In this document: positions 40,541 to 51,212 of the stretch, piece by piece
How positions within the stretch are numbered: position 1 is the first letter of the stretch
How the letters are laid out: each line of letters begins with the position of its first letter
Virus record (IMG/VR): IMGVR_UViG_3300025011_000016
Reading direction: 5' to 3' (one strand)
Length of the DNA: 64,000 nt
DNA from: a virus
Lineage: Duplodnaviria; Caudoviricetes
Translations under genes and position numbers: made by a program
Notes under the pieces: model-generated
Seen by the model: only the letters and a program-made list of their open reading frames with translations
Databases searched by the model: none
Told to the model about the DNA's origin: nothing

Positions 40541-42630
40541 GTGTTAATGTCAAATGATGATATACGTTCAGTTATATTAGTTGATGAATGGGAACCTGAA
40601 GAAAGGGATGTGATTATCCGACATGATGGAAAACTAGTAATAATACCATTTGACAAAATATTTAACAAGGATAATATAACAAGTTTAAATACTTTTGTTA
40701 TTAAAAAAGAATCATATGTGAAACGTTTGGATCATGTACTGAATAAAGATGGCACTATATCTAAAGGTATATGTCATTATCTAAATTATTTCATTAAGTA
40801 TTATGATTTAGATAATGAGTTATTATTGTCATATATAAAACTCAAATACATTATTGACAATAAGAAAAAGTCTATTAAGTTAATATCTTTCATCAAGATG
40901 TTGTATTCTATTCTGTTTACAGAATCATTAAAGAATAAAATACGACACTTAGTAGAAGACAATTACCATGTTGATGTTACTTCACATAATGGTATTAAAT
41001 ATACCAAATCAATGGAATTTACAAATGAACATGCAAAACTATTAATGATGATCTCAATGAGTATGAAGATAATGGTTCCTATCATATTTCATTTTATCAA
41101 TTCGTCATCTATGTTAAAGGAACCGAATTATATCTTTCAATTTTATGAACGATTGTTCTATATGTATAAATATGATGAAGAGGTTGATATCTATAATAAA
41201 CTATGGGTATCTACATTGGCTAAAGTTAATGTGAATGCTACAAAACATCGAGTTATATGGGACCAGCGAGAAATATTTGGAACAGATCCGTTAATAGAGC
41301 TTGATAAACTATTAAAGGAGAAGATAATTTCTGAAACTATGTTCAAATATACATTTGATAAAAACATTATCAGTTTTAACAGTGTGGTAAAATAATCTAA
41401 TGCCACCTTTTCTTTAACTGACGGGAAGTTCCTTATAGCTTAAACTACTTAATCGTAATAATGTTTAAGATTGGATAATCCGCAGCCAAGATTCTTATAT
41501 AAGAATAAGGTTCAACGACTAGAGTGTGACTCGTAGATCTATAGTTTAGATTGAAATAAGAAAACTCATCTTAATTAAGATGAGAAGATATAGTCTTATA
41601 TCCTATATAACTATAGGGAAGTTCATAAGAGAACTGCATAGATTAACAACCTATGTGAACACGATGCTTAGAAAAACAGCTTGGTTACTTCATACGAGAA
41701 CCTTATGAATTCTCATTAATTGAGTTAAACAATAAAAAAGATCTCGACGGTTTTTTATAGAAGCCGGTTTTCTCTTAACTGACGGGAACTTCCTTATAGC
41801 TTAAACTACTATAAGTAATAATGTTTAAGATTGGACAATCCGCAACCAAGATTCTTAATACAAGAATAAGGTTCAACGACTAGAGTGTGACTCGTAGATT
41901 TATAACTAAATCGAAGTGGAGAAACTTCATAATATTATGAAGAAGATATAGTCTATTATCCTAAAGTAATTTAGGGAAGTTCATAAGAGAACTGTATAGA
42001 GTTATAATCTATATGAATATAAAGTTATCAGGATTAGATAAGCTTGAGATTAACAGTAATAAGATTGATGAATCTTTAATTATATTATCTGGGATTAATA
42101 TAAAGAAAACTATTAAGAGAATTAAGAATAAAATGAAAGTTAAGATCAGTGAAGATGAATTAGAATATTATAAGATCAATCATCACATTAATAAATTTCA
42201 TGTTAGTCTCATATTCTTTTTCTATGCTAGACATTTTGGTAATTATCGAGATCTTAATCTATTAACCCGAAGACAATATTTAACCTTACTAATACTTCTT
42301 AAACGTAAATTACAAATCCAAGGAAATACTTACTTACCCCAGGTTTTAACAAGTAACATTGAAGGTAAATTAAATACTCGTACAATTCAAAATACTAAAT
42401 TCTTAATGAAGATTGAAAATTCTTCTATATATCAATCATTAATGCAAGATAAATTTTCAACTTTAGAAGAATTAAAGAAATCTAATCTAATACTTAATCT
42501 ATTATCAACTATTCTTAATACAACATTTACATGTGTTGATTATGATAATCGAGACAAGTTGGGTACTACATTGGATATTAACTCTGATATGATATCCGAT
42601 GAGTTTCTTAATTTCTTGAATCAATTATAA
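40541..42630 (+). CDS. Candidate nvRNAP promoter-specificity (sigma-like, AR9 gp226/phiKZ gp68-type) subunit, three exons (40541..41388, 41667..41751, 42025..42630), about 512 aa
   Basis: Spliced frame FNSVV|LEKQLGYFIREPYEFSLIELNNKKDLDG|LSGLDKLE; exon sum 1539 nt. Size and position two genes from the chaperonin match my recollection of AR9 g228/g226. Confidence 0.55.
41389..41666 (+). ncRNA. ORF-less group I intron (278 nt)
   Basis: P1 GTGGT/GCCAC; P10 TCTAA pairs with exon TTAGA, fixing omega-G at 41666; core motifs present. Confidence 0.9.
41752..42024 (+). ncRNA. ORF-less group I intron (273 nt)
   Basis: P1 CGGT/GCCG; core motifs present; ends GAATATAAAG; frame restored. Confidence 0.9.
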
Positions 42631-42713
42631 CAAATCATTAATAGTAGTGAATCTTTTCGATTCACTACTATTAATAAGGAGGAATTCTATATGTATATAA
42701 AGATGAATAAATT

Positions 42714-43742
42714 ATGAATAATCTTGAGATGAAAAACCACTTAAGAAATAAATTATTACAAATTCAATCTGCCAAACAAAATGGCCCTAAACAAATCTTA
42801 TTAAGATGTCCAGTTTGTTTAGATTCACAAAAAGATCTTTCACATGGGCATTTTTCTGTTAAGATAGATATGTTCAATGATGAACCTGTAATATTTCATT
42901 GTTTTCGATGTGATATTAGTGGTATTCTCACACCAACTATGTTGCGTTCATTTAAGATTAATGATTTACAATTAAACAGTGGATTATTATCTTATAATAA
43001 AGCATCTTTAGGTACTAATAACAAATCTTTTACTTTATATAATAACAATCTAAATTTAAGAGTTCCAACACCTAGTGATAATGAAAGAACTTCATTAAAA
43101 CAAAAATATATTGAAGGAAGACTGGGTGTAAAATTTACCATAGAAGAATTGGTTAATCTAAAGGTTGTGTTTAATTTAGGAGAATTCTTAAAATTTAATG
43201 GTATTGATACTTTAACTACAAATAAATATAAAGCTAGATTATTACATAATGACTATGTGGGGTTTTTAACTGCGAGAAACGAGTTTATAAATTTCAGAGA
43301 TATTACTGGAAGAAATGAGAGATATGATAAATATAACGTATATAATAATCTGGATAACACTCGAAAGTTTTATACTATACCAAACTCAATAGATCTTTTG
43401 ACGCGTGATAAAATTACTATTAATATAGCTGAAGGTGTTTTTGATATCTTAGGTATATATCATCATTTATACGAAAAGGAACATAAGAATATTATCTATA
43501 CTAGTGTAAATGGTTGTGGTTTTGTATCTGTAATAAAATATTTTATTCAAATGGGAATCTTTGGTAATGTGGATGTAAATATTTATTCTGATAAAGATAA
43601 ATCACCTATATTTTATAAGAAGTTATATTATGAATTAAAAGACTGGATACATACAATTAATCTATTCTATAATGAAATAGGTAAGGATTATGGTGTTACT
43701 AAAGATAAAATAAAGATTATCAAACGAAAAATAGAAAGGTGA
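42714..43742 (+). CDS. DNA primase
   Basis: Zinc-binding CPVC...HCFRC; TOPRIM IAEGVFD and YSDKD. Confidence 0.85.
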   Translation: MNNLEMKNHLRNKLLQIQSAKQNGPKQILLRCPVCLDSQKDLSHGHFSVKIDMFNDEPVIFHCFRCDISGILTPTMLRSFKINDLQLNSGLLSYNKASLGTNNKSFTLYNNNLNLRVPTPSDNERTSLKQKYIEGRLGVKFTIEELVNLKVVFNLGEFLKFNGIDTLTTNKYKARLLHNDYVGFLTARNEFINFRDITGRNERYDKYNVYNNLDNTRKFYTIPNSIDLLTRDKITINIAEGVFDILGIYHHLYEKEHKNIIYTSVNGCGFVSVIKYFIQMGIFGNVDVNIYSDKDKSPIFYKKLYYELKDWIHTINLFYNEIGKDYGVTKDKIKIIKRKIER

Positions 43743-44059
43743 ATTATTATATGAATAAACGTATAACTGAGTTAACACGATATTTTATAAAAGGCTCATT
43801 GGTTGGAGAAATTGTCCCATCTAAAATAGATTCGTTTCTAAATGAATTGAATACCTTAATTATAAAATACTGCGGTGAAAAGTATTATCTTAGTAGTGAA
43901 GTGGAGGCTGTTGACTCTGAGACATATAAGAGTAAAACTGAGGAAATAAATGAAAAAGAAAGTGAAGGATTAGTCACATGTCCATATACCTCAGAATGGT
44001 GTGATAAGCTAAAGGATAAAGAACTTAAGTCAACTTTCATACCTCCTAAAACGACATAA
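43739..44059 (+). CDS. Hypothetical protein
   Basis: Overlaps primase stop (GTGA coupling). Confidence 0.5.
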   Translation: MNYYMNKRITELTRYFIKGSLVGEIVPSKIDSFLNELNTLIIKYCGEKYYLSSEVEAVDSETYKSKTEEINEKESEGLVTCPYTSEWCDKLKDKELKSTFIPPKTT

Positions 44060-44241
44060 AAAATGAAGATGGATAAACGATCATTTAAGATTGTTTATCC
44101 ATCTTCTTATATAAAAAAGAGGAGGACTGTGGGAAAAGGTAGTGAGCAATCTACCCTTTCTTAATTATCTGTTTAGTAAATTATTTACCAATATATAACA
44201 AAAGACATATAATTATTTTTTTTAATTATATGTCTTTTGTT

Positions 44242-45649
44242 ATATAGTCTGTGCTTTAAGGAAACTTAGAGAAATAACTTAATCAGTAGTCTTAATAATT
44301 CATTCCTAATAAGATATTATTATACTTATAACAAATAATATAAGAAAGGGGGTGAAGATAAATGATTAAGACTTTTAAAACGAGAATACGACCAACTAAA
44401 GAACAAGAGATATATTTAAACAAATGCTTTGGATATAGAAGATTCATATACAATAATGCTTTAGAATATTTTAATACCCTTTTAGAGCATAATGGTAATA
44501 TTATTGATAAAACATTAAAGAAGTTCTTTGATAAGTTTGATTATATTACTCATATATACTCTAAGAAAGAAAAGGAACCGGGATTTGAATGGACTCAAGA
44601 GTATAATAAGTCAATAAAGAATGAAGTGGCTAGTGATTTTAATATAGCTATTAATAAGTTCTTTAAAGATATTAAAGACAAGAAACGATGTAAATTACAT
44701 TTTAAAAGAAAGATTCATGGAAATGGTTCTTTTAGAATATACAAGACGAATAAAGGTAATGTTAAAATTATTGATAAGAAGTTATTCTCTTTTATTATTA
44801 ATAGAGAATACGGTCACATGCCATTGAAAACTTTTGAAGATATAAGCTTTTTATATCACTATGATATAAAAACAATGACTATTAGTATGAAGAATTTTAA
44901 ATATTATGTATCATTCACTTATGAAATAGATATCCCAAAGCATAAACATAAGAAAAATATGGTAGGTATAGATTTAGGAATACATAATCCAGTAGTTTGT
45001 TTTGATGGAAACGATATCATAAATCCTAAATTTCCGAAGGGAATTATTAAGAAACTAGAGAAGAAAGTTGATAAACTCTCAGTAATAGTTTCTAAAAAGA
45101 AGTATGATAAACGTAACCCATCAAAGAACTATATAAAAGCGAGAACCAAACTTAATGATATTCACGTCAAAATAGTGAATATCAGAATGGATTATATTCA
45201 GAAGGTATCTACATTCTTAGCTAAGACTTATAGAAACGTAATAGTTGATGAGTTTAGTTTTAAAGAGTTATTAACAGAGTCCGATGGTAATACGCGTATA
45301 AATAGAGGTATACACAGAGTTGGTGACTTTATGTTTACACAGGTGTTAAAATATAAATGTCACTTTTATGGTAGTGAATATATTTTAGCATTACCTAATA
45401 GTACCATTACATGCTCTGAATGTAATCATAAACTTAAAACTAAGTTAAAGTTATCTCAAAGAATCTTTAATTGTCCAATATGCGGACATATAGATGGTAG
45501 GGATAACAATGCTTCTATTAATATTTATAAGTCATTTAAAGGATCTTTATTAACTAACGTAAATAGAGATTTCGCCGTTGGTCGGACGGTTTAAAGAACC
45601 TTAACGGTTAAGTTATTGTGGTATCTAACAAGTACTACTAACACGACAG
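44242..45649 (+). mobile_element. 5'-truncated IStron copy: intron S/P9 remnant + tnpB + right end
   Basis: ATATAGTCTGTGCTTTAAGGAAACTTAGAG matches the terminase IStron just after its P7; upstream ribozyme core absent; ends ACACGACAG. Confidence 0.8.
44362..45594 (+). CDS. tnpB: TnpB, second intact copy
   Basis: About 80-85% identical by eye to 7826..9064; D-E-D catalytic residues intact. Confidence 0.95.
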   Translation: MIKTFKTRIRPTKEQEIYLNKCFGYRRFIYNNALEYFNTLLEHNGNIIDKTLKKFFDKFDYITHIYSKKEKEPGFEWTQEYNKSIKNEVASDFNIAINKFFKDIKDKKRCKLHFKRKIHGNGSFRIYKTNKGNVKIIDKKLFSFIINREYGHMPLKTFEDISFLYHYDIKTMTISMKNFKYYVSFTYEIDIPKHKHKKNMVGIDLGIHNPVVCFDGNDIINPKFPKGIIKKLEKKVDKLSVIVSKKKYDKRNPSKNYIKARTKLNDIHVKIVNIRMDYIQKVSTFLAKTYRNVIVDEFSFKELLTESDGNTRINRGIHRVGDFMFTQVLKYKCHFYGSEYILALPNSTITCSECNHKLKTKLKLSQRIFNCPICGHIDGRDNNASINIYKSFKGSLLTNVNRDFAVGRTV

Positions 45650-46078
45650 GATGGAGATATTGTATTTATTTAATATACCAGTTAATGTATTTACTTGCAA
45701 ATCTGTATTCAATTCAGGAAAATTCTCTAAAATCTCAAGTTTGAGTAAATCAAGATAAAGGGACGGCATAGTATGGCACAACTCCTTCCTATTTCTAGTA
45801 AGAGTATACCATACTAATGCCGTCAAATGCAACCCATATTGCTTGGATCAATAGATAAATATTTATTTTTATCGTATATATTATTAAAAATCTCTTCTTT
45901 ATAAATGTTTAAAATTAATTCATTCATCATATCATTACTTCCTTTCGTTATCAAATAATTAATAATTTGTTATCACGAAAGTAACTAATAATTCACGATT
46001 TGACAATTTATTAATTATGTCGTATAATGCGTCAACTACGACATTAAATCTACCAAAGATGGATCTGAATTTACAGAG

Positions 46079-46261
46079 TTAGTCACCAATTCCTGCAGGT
46101 ATTCCGCAACCAAACCATATTATTTTGGGACAATGCTCACATGATAAACAAATTCCTCGTCGTGAATATTCACCCTGTTTCGGACATTTCACATCTTTTT
46201 TGGCATAACAATATTCTTGCATTTTTTTATTGCTCAAAATATTTTTCACCCACCTTCCCAT
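46079..46261 (-). CDS. Small Cys-rich protein
   Basis: GGAAGG RBS; six Cys including CLSCEHC. Confidence 0.5.
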   Translation of the reverse strand: MGRWVKNILSNKKMQEYCYAKKDVKCPKQGEYSRRGICLSCEHCPKIIWFGCGIPAGIGD

Positions 46262-46282
46262 AATAAAAGAGCCTTTCGGCTC

Positions 46283-46531
46283 TTATAATCTGCACACACT
46301 TAATACATTTTCTAATCCTAATATCTCAATTGCTTTAGTTAAGACAATTTCAGATTTATCATTATCGTGATAAGTGCATCTACCATTTTTATATGCACCA
46401 CAACAACTGCAATTTGAACCACTTAAAAAACATGAGCTTAAACGAAATGTAAACGGGTTTTCCTTTTTACTATCTAGTTTTTTTAAATACTCTGTTAGGG
46501 ATTCGATAGAACTCATATTATTACCTCCCAA
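46283..46531 (-). CDS. Small Cys-rich protein
   Basis: GGAGG RBS before MSSIE; CFLSGSNCSCC...C cluster. Confidence 0.5.
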   Translation of the reverse strand: MGGNNMSSIESLTEYLKKLDSKKENPFTFRLSSCFLSGSNCSCCGAYKNGRCTYHDNDKSEIVLTKAIEILGLENVLSVCRL

Positions 46532-46596
46532 TATTAGAATAAACTCTAGATAATTTTGTTTTATCTAGAGTTTAAATTGATCATCTTTGTCTGTGA

Positions 46597-48777
46597 CTAC
46601 AATATAGATTGGGTTTTCATCCATGCTGAAATCAAGCCTGCAAAGTGCTGTTTACAGGAATCGGACATTGGATGTATATCGTCGTACATCCATATTTGCC
46701 GAAGTGATAAGTCATGCACCCACACACCATCAACTTGACGAGGGTTTTCGTTTAGATTTTCAAGATTTGAACCCACATGATTCGACCCGTTATAACCTGT
46801 ATCGTGCCATACATGAGACACATCCCAATATCCAGTGGTTGTAATTTGTGTCCTTGCCCTTACGTCACTTTCTTCCCATAGCTTATAAAGTGGAAATCCA
46901 AAGTAATTAGATGCCGTTTCCTCTGCTTCCCAAACATGTCCTAACTGATATCTACTGTCGTCATTGTCGTAATGCCCAACCATTAGTATTTTTATTCGTG
47001 GTTTACGTAAACGTATTTGTTGTACCAGATAAATAAACGCACCCACAGCATAATGCCTATCATTTGAAGTTGCTGGGACGCTAGTATAGGTTAAAGCAGA
47101 AGCGTCTCCTGTGGCATCATTCCTAAAATGCTCGAAAACAATTGCATCCGAAGTAGCAATGTATGACTCAATACGTCCAAGCATAGCACCTGTGATTTTC
47201 CCAGTTATGCTTAAATCACCTTCGATATCCATGGAATCATCCCAACAGTAAGAATATGCCAACCATCGCATACTATTATATGTTGCACCATTATTCGCAT
47301 AAACGTCAATTGGTTTTAAAGCCGGAATCCCTATAACAGGTGTTACAGGGTCTACACTAACATATGTATCTGCAAGCATATCCCCATAGCCAATAACACT
47401 TGTTACTTCTCCTTCAGTATAACCCTTTGCTATAAGATAGGCTTTACGATCCGTTGTTTTCCAGCAATCAAACAACCGCCTACGTTCTTCCTGTGTCATT
47501 GATAATGTACGCAGTACATTTGCCATCCATAGACCAGTTATTCCAAGGTCATCACCCAACTCAGAGGTATCATAAACAGAACCACCTATACGCATCATTG
47601 ACGAACCGACAGCTTTATTAGTCACGGTTGCTCCAATTGCCGTACCGACTAGGATAGGGTGCCCTTGTTCAGGAATTGATGTTCCTAACCACAAAATATT
47701 TTTACCGATGTATTGTCCATTCCCTTGTAGTGATAGTTCTTGCGAAAGTGCTTGCACTTCTCCATATGCTGCAAGTTTTCTTTTCTCAGAATAATAATTT
47801 ACAGTAAGACTTGACGTTAAATTTGTAACATTACTACCGTCAATCGCCTTAATAATAACTGCGACATATAGGTAATCACTATCAAAAGCGTATTCCGTAC
47901 ACCAATCTTGTATAAATTCAAAAGGCTGTCCATACCCATCGTTATTAGCATTCACGACAAGCTGAAAACCAGTTGCCGCCTCAAATCCGCTTAGATTATA
48001 CGTGGGAAGCACAATAAATGCCCTCGTATTGATAATAAACTTATTACCAGTAGCATCAATATTACCAGTTATCAGATTAGCATAAGCACTTATGACATCC
48101 CCACCATACCTAACAGTAGTTTCAACCCTTGACAATATAACTGTGTTATGACTTATAACACTTAAAATGCTATCTAAATCAATCCCAGTTATATCCGCAT
48201 CACTATTATCTTTTACTATAATGTATAAATATTTATGGCTTAACGGGTTTATATACACAGCGTTCGACGCAATCCATCCACCTATTGTTGTAATAGCAGT
48301 TCCCTTTATATCACACCCTTTTATAAGAAACTGATAACCTAGCTTGCAGGACAGGTTAGCGACGAATTCGGACTCAAGTATCACCCTAGCCCTTATGTTT
48401 GACACAACTTCTGAACCATCAGCATCGTTAAACGTGCCAATTGTTAAATCAGCATAAGATTCGGTTGCTGTGCCAGACAACTTATCGCCAACTAAATTAT
48501 CTATTTTGCCAATCTGCCCTCTTATTGAGGTTCCTATATTTGCATAGGTTGCTCCGTCTGCACCAACTCTACCGTCAATTAACTCAGCATCTCCAGTAGT
48601 GCTTCCTGCCGAAAGTGTTGCAAGATTTGTTATTCTTGCGCTTTCTAAATCCAAGTCTACTTGACGTGCTTTTGTTGCTAACTCCTGCACATTCTCTGCC
48701 TTATACGTCATAAGATCTTTCTTAATACCAGCACTTGGATCATACCTAGATTGCGACATAACTGACTCCCTCCCCAC
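46597..48777 (-). CDS. Tail-associated protein with C-terminal SGNH/GDSL hydrolase domain
   Basis: Fibre-type AELIDGRVGADG..Y..IG..IR motif; SGNH blocks WLGTSI, NKAVGSS, EHFRND, DDIHP. Confidence 0.7.
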   Translation of the reverse strand: MGRESVMSQSRYDPSAGIKKDLMTYKAENVQELATKARQVDLDLESARITNLATLSAGSTTGDAELIDGRVGADGATYANIGTSIRGQIGKIDNLVGDKLSGTATESYADLTIGTFNDADGSEVVSNIRARVILESEFVANLSCKLGYQFLIKGCDIKGTAITTIGGWIASNAVYINPLSHKYLYIIVKDNSDADITGIDLDSILSVISHNTVILSRVETTVRYGGDVISAYANLITGNIDATGNKFIINTRAFIVLPTYNLSGFEAATGFQLVVNANNDGYGQPFEFIQDWCTEYAFDSDYLYVAVIIKAIDGSNVTNLTSSLTVNYYSEKRKLAAYGEVQALSQELSLQGNGQYIGKNILWLGTSIPEQGHPILVGTAIGATVTNKAVGSSMMRIGGSVYDTSELGDDLGITGLWMANVLRTLSMTQEERRRLFDCWKTTDRKAYLIAKGYTEGEVTSVIGYGDMLADTYVSVDPVTPVIGIPALKPIDVYANNGATYNSMRWLAYSYCWDDSMDIEGDLSITGKITGAMLGRIESYIATSDAIVFEHFRNDATGDASALTYTSVPATSNDRHYAVGAFIYLVQQIRLRKPRIKILMVGHYDNDDSRYQLGHVWEAEETASNYFGFPLYKLWEESDVRARTQITTTGYWDVSHVWHDTGYNGSNHVGSNLENLNENPRQVDGVWVHDLSLRQIWMYDDIHPMSDSCKQHFAGLISAWMKTQSIL

Positions 48778-49186
48778 TTATAGATGAATCAATATAGATT
48801 TGATTAGCATTGGCTACAGCAAATGTGAATGCTTCCTTGGCACCAAGCTTCACCCCATAAACAGCCAATGAAACATTTACTCCACCGGCGAAGACACTTC
48901 CTGTATTAGTATCCAAACCGATAACAGTTACCTCCCGACATGGTATATTAGGTAATTGAGTTCTGGTTCCAGCAGTAGTGACTAATTTTAATGCCCCAGT
49001 TAATGACGTACTACCACATAATGCTCTATATATACTAGATAACCATCCTCTGGCTCCAGTACCCCCAGTTGCTTGTGATACACCAGTAGCATCAGTTCCG
49101 TCTAATATAGCTGCCGCAGAATGCGTTCCATCAGGATTTTCTACAGCTTTAAATGGTACACCACCAATAAGAATTATTTTATCCAT
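48746..49186 (-). CDS. Small tail/structural protein of temperate-phage type
   Basis: Gly/Ala/Thr-rich; GC higher than flanks; co-transcribed with the SGNH spike. Confidence 0.5.
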   Translation of the reverse strand: MDKIILIGGVPFKAVENPDGTHSAAAILDGTDATGVSQATGGTGARGWLSSIYRALCGSTSLTGALKLVTTAGTRTQLPNIPCREVTVIGLDTNTGSVFAGGVNVSLAVYGVKLGAKEAFTFAVANANQIYIDSSISGEGVSYVAI

Positions 49187-49337
49187 TTTAACTTCAACTC
49201 CTTTGTATTATGTTATTTTAATATTATGTTTAATTCATTACCACATGAAGATTAATTATACTATTTTATAAGTATTGGTTATATATCTTTACCTCTAACA
49301 ATTAACTAATAATAACTAAAATAGGTGGTGTATATTT

Positions 49338-50528
49338 ATGGGACATTTAATTGATGAAAAAAGGTTTATAAACAATAACATCTTTAAATATGAAGAGAGG
49401 ATGAATTCTCAATACTCAAGATTTCTAGATAAAACCCCTACATTTATAACGTATTACAATATAAATAATATTACATCTATAACAGATACAGGTTTTTTAA
49501 ATGTGGAGCGTATTATTGATTATAATTCTCCTATACGATTTAAGCGAATTGATGATCTTCCAATTTATGGACTTGATACAATTCTGCTAGATTTAACAGA
49601 TGACGAAATAGGCCTAGATACTTCATATGATGGTGAAGTAGTTATATTACCTAATACCATACGGCCACTTCCTAATGATTGTTTTACGATAACATATCTA
49701 GATAGTAATTATTTATTTATGGTAACAACTGTTAATTATGATACCATTAAGAGTAATAACTATTATAAGATTTCATTTGTTATTAGATCGTTAACACCCG
49801 ATATTAAAAATCAATTATTATTACAGGTTGAAGAAGTATATAACTGTGTTCTAACTAATATAGGAACGCAGGAGAAATGTATAATTCGATCTGATATATA
49901 CGAGAAAATTATTCTTATGAATGAAATGTATAAAGAAATCTGTGAAAAATATAAAATATTGTTCTATAATATAAGATATAACAGTTTTATGTATATTGAT
50001 GAAATCAGCCATATAAAATACTATGATAAATATCTAACATTCTTTATTAATAAACATCAGTTATTTAATGAACGATATGAATATGATACATTGTTTTTAG
50101 TAAATGAGGATGACAATCATAAATTTCCTCTTGAATACGATAAGTCATTTTATCACATTTTAGAAAAAAATAAAAAGAGTATGATTCCAGAGCATATTAA
50201 TTATGCAACTGGTAGTGTAGCTAATACATCATCTATATTCAGGTACTATAATGACGTATATGTAAAGAGTATATATTTCTCAGATATTGGTTTGCCATAT
50301 ATTGATGATATACTTATTAATAGCATAATCAATAGTATACCATCAGATAAGGTTAGTTATAAAACAATTATTGATTATTTTAATAATAATGTGAATGTTA
50401 TCGATACATTTGATATGGGACCATTGGCTGAGAACGATTATATTGAGTACGATTTAAATTCATTCATTCTAATTCCTATGCTATTATTTATTCTCCGTGT
50501 GTACTATAATAAATTCATGGCGAATTAG
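49338..50528 (+). CDS. Virion structural protein (possible head-completion/neck)
   Basis: Late promoter 49297..49308; YDGEVVILPNTIRPLPND motif; family call weak. Confidence 0.5.
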   Translation: MGHLIDEKRFINNNIFKYEERMNSQYSRFLDKTPTFITYYNINNITSITDTGFLNVERIIDYNSPIRFKRIDDLPIYGLDTILLDLTDDEIGLDTSYDGEVVILPNTIRPLPNDCFTITYLDSNYLFMVTTVNYDTIKSNNYYKISFVIRSLTPDIKNQLLLQVEEVYNCVLTNIGTQEKCIIRSDIYEKIILMNEMYKEICEKYKILFYNIRYNSFMYIDEISHIKYYDKYLTFFINKHQLFNERYEYDTLFLVNEDDNHKFPLEYDKSFYHILEKNKKSMIPEHINYATGSVANTSSIFRYYNDVYVKSIYFSDIGLPYIDDILINSIINSIPSDKVSYKTIIDYFNNNVNVIDTFDMGPLAENDYIEYDLNSFILIPMLLFILRVYYNKFMAN

Positions 50529-50584
50529 TTATTTTTTTCTAAAACATTTAAATAAATAAGTGAATTATGTGAGGTGATTATATT

Positions 50585-50830
50585 ATGTTAAATAATCTTA
50601 AAAAAAGTATCAGAGAGAATCAAAACAGAGAATTTGTCACTGAAGCTACAATTAAACATACTACTGATGATGATATACGAGATATATTCTTAAATGATGA
50701 TTTAATGGATGGTGCTGAAGATGATCCTGAAATTACTAAACTGATTGATAAAATCCCCGAGTATGGAGATGCTGAGGATATCGATCTGGCTACACTCGAA
50801 GAACAATATATACCTGAAGGAAAAATATAA
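50585..50830 (+). CDS. Small acidic late protein
   Basis: Late promoter 50543..50554; GAGGTG RBS. Confidence 0.6.
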   Translation: MLNNLKKSIRENQNREFVTEATIKHTTDDDIRDIFLNDDLMDGAEDDPEITKLIDKIPEYGDAEDIDLATLEEQYIPEGKI

Positions 50831-51212
50831 TTACGGAAAGGGGTTTGAATATAAAATGAAAGTTACTAATAAAATGGTTAAAGTCCTCTCTAATGATATT
50901 ATATATCCAAAGGGAGGAATTTCAGGTCCAATCCTGACTCCATATATGGAGGATGTTCGTACCATCTTCATCATGATTACCCGCAACATAAAAGTTGTTG
51001 AGGTTCTTTCTGATGGATCTGAAGTGGTCCTGAACACTAAAAACTTCGATGCCAAAATCACTCCAGACGTGATCGAAGAGATTGTTGAACCTATCGTGGA
51101 GACAAAAGTGGAAGTGGTTCCTGTAATCGAAGAGATTAAACCGGTTATCGCAATCGCACAACCCACCAACCAGCGCAAAAAACCTGAACCCGATGCCATA
51201 GAAAAAAAATAA
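50745..51212 (+). CDS. Late protein, real start probably MKVTNK near 50856
   Basis: GGISGPILTP motif; high-expression codons; terminator hairpin follows. Confidence 0.55.
   Translation: MIKSPSMEMLRISIWLHSKNNIYLKEKYNYGKGFEYKMKVTNKMVKVLSNDIIYPKGGISGPILTPYMEDVRTIFIMITRNIKVVEVLSDGSEVVLNTKNFDAKITPDVIEEIVEPIVETKVEVVPVIEEIKPVIAIAQPTNQRKKPEPDAIEKK

Noticed and set aside
41663-41666. Alternative 3' splice site at G41663 (adds a Cys)
   Set aside because: Also in frame, but P10 pairing (TCTAA with TTAGA) favours G41666.
7780-45649. Autonomous transposon with TnpA
   Set aside because: No Y1 (HUH) transposase or serine recombinase ORF next to any tnpB copy in this window.
45875-45884. Plus-strand TATATATTAT as an early promoter
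   Set aside because: Lies inside a small minus-strand ORF with no plus-strand gene downstream; likely chance in AT-rich DNA.
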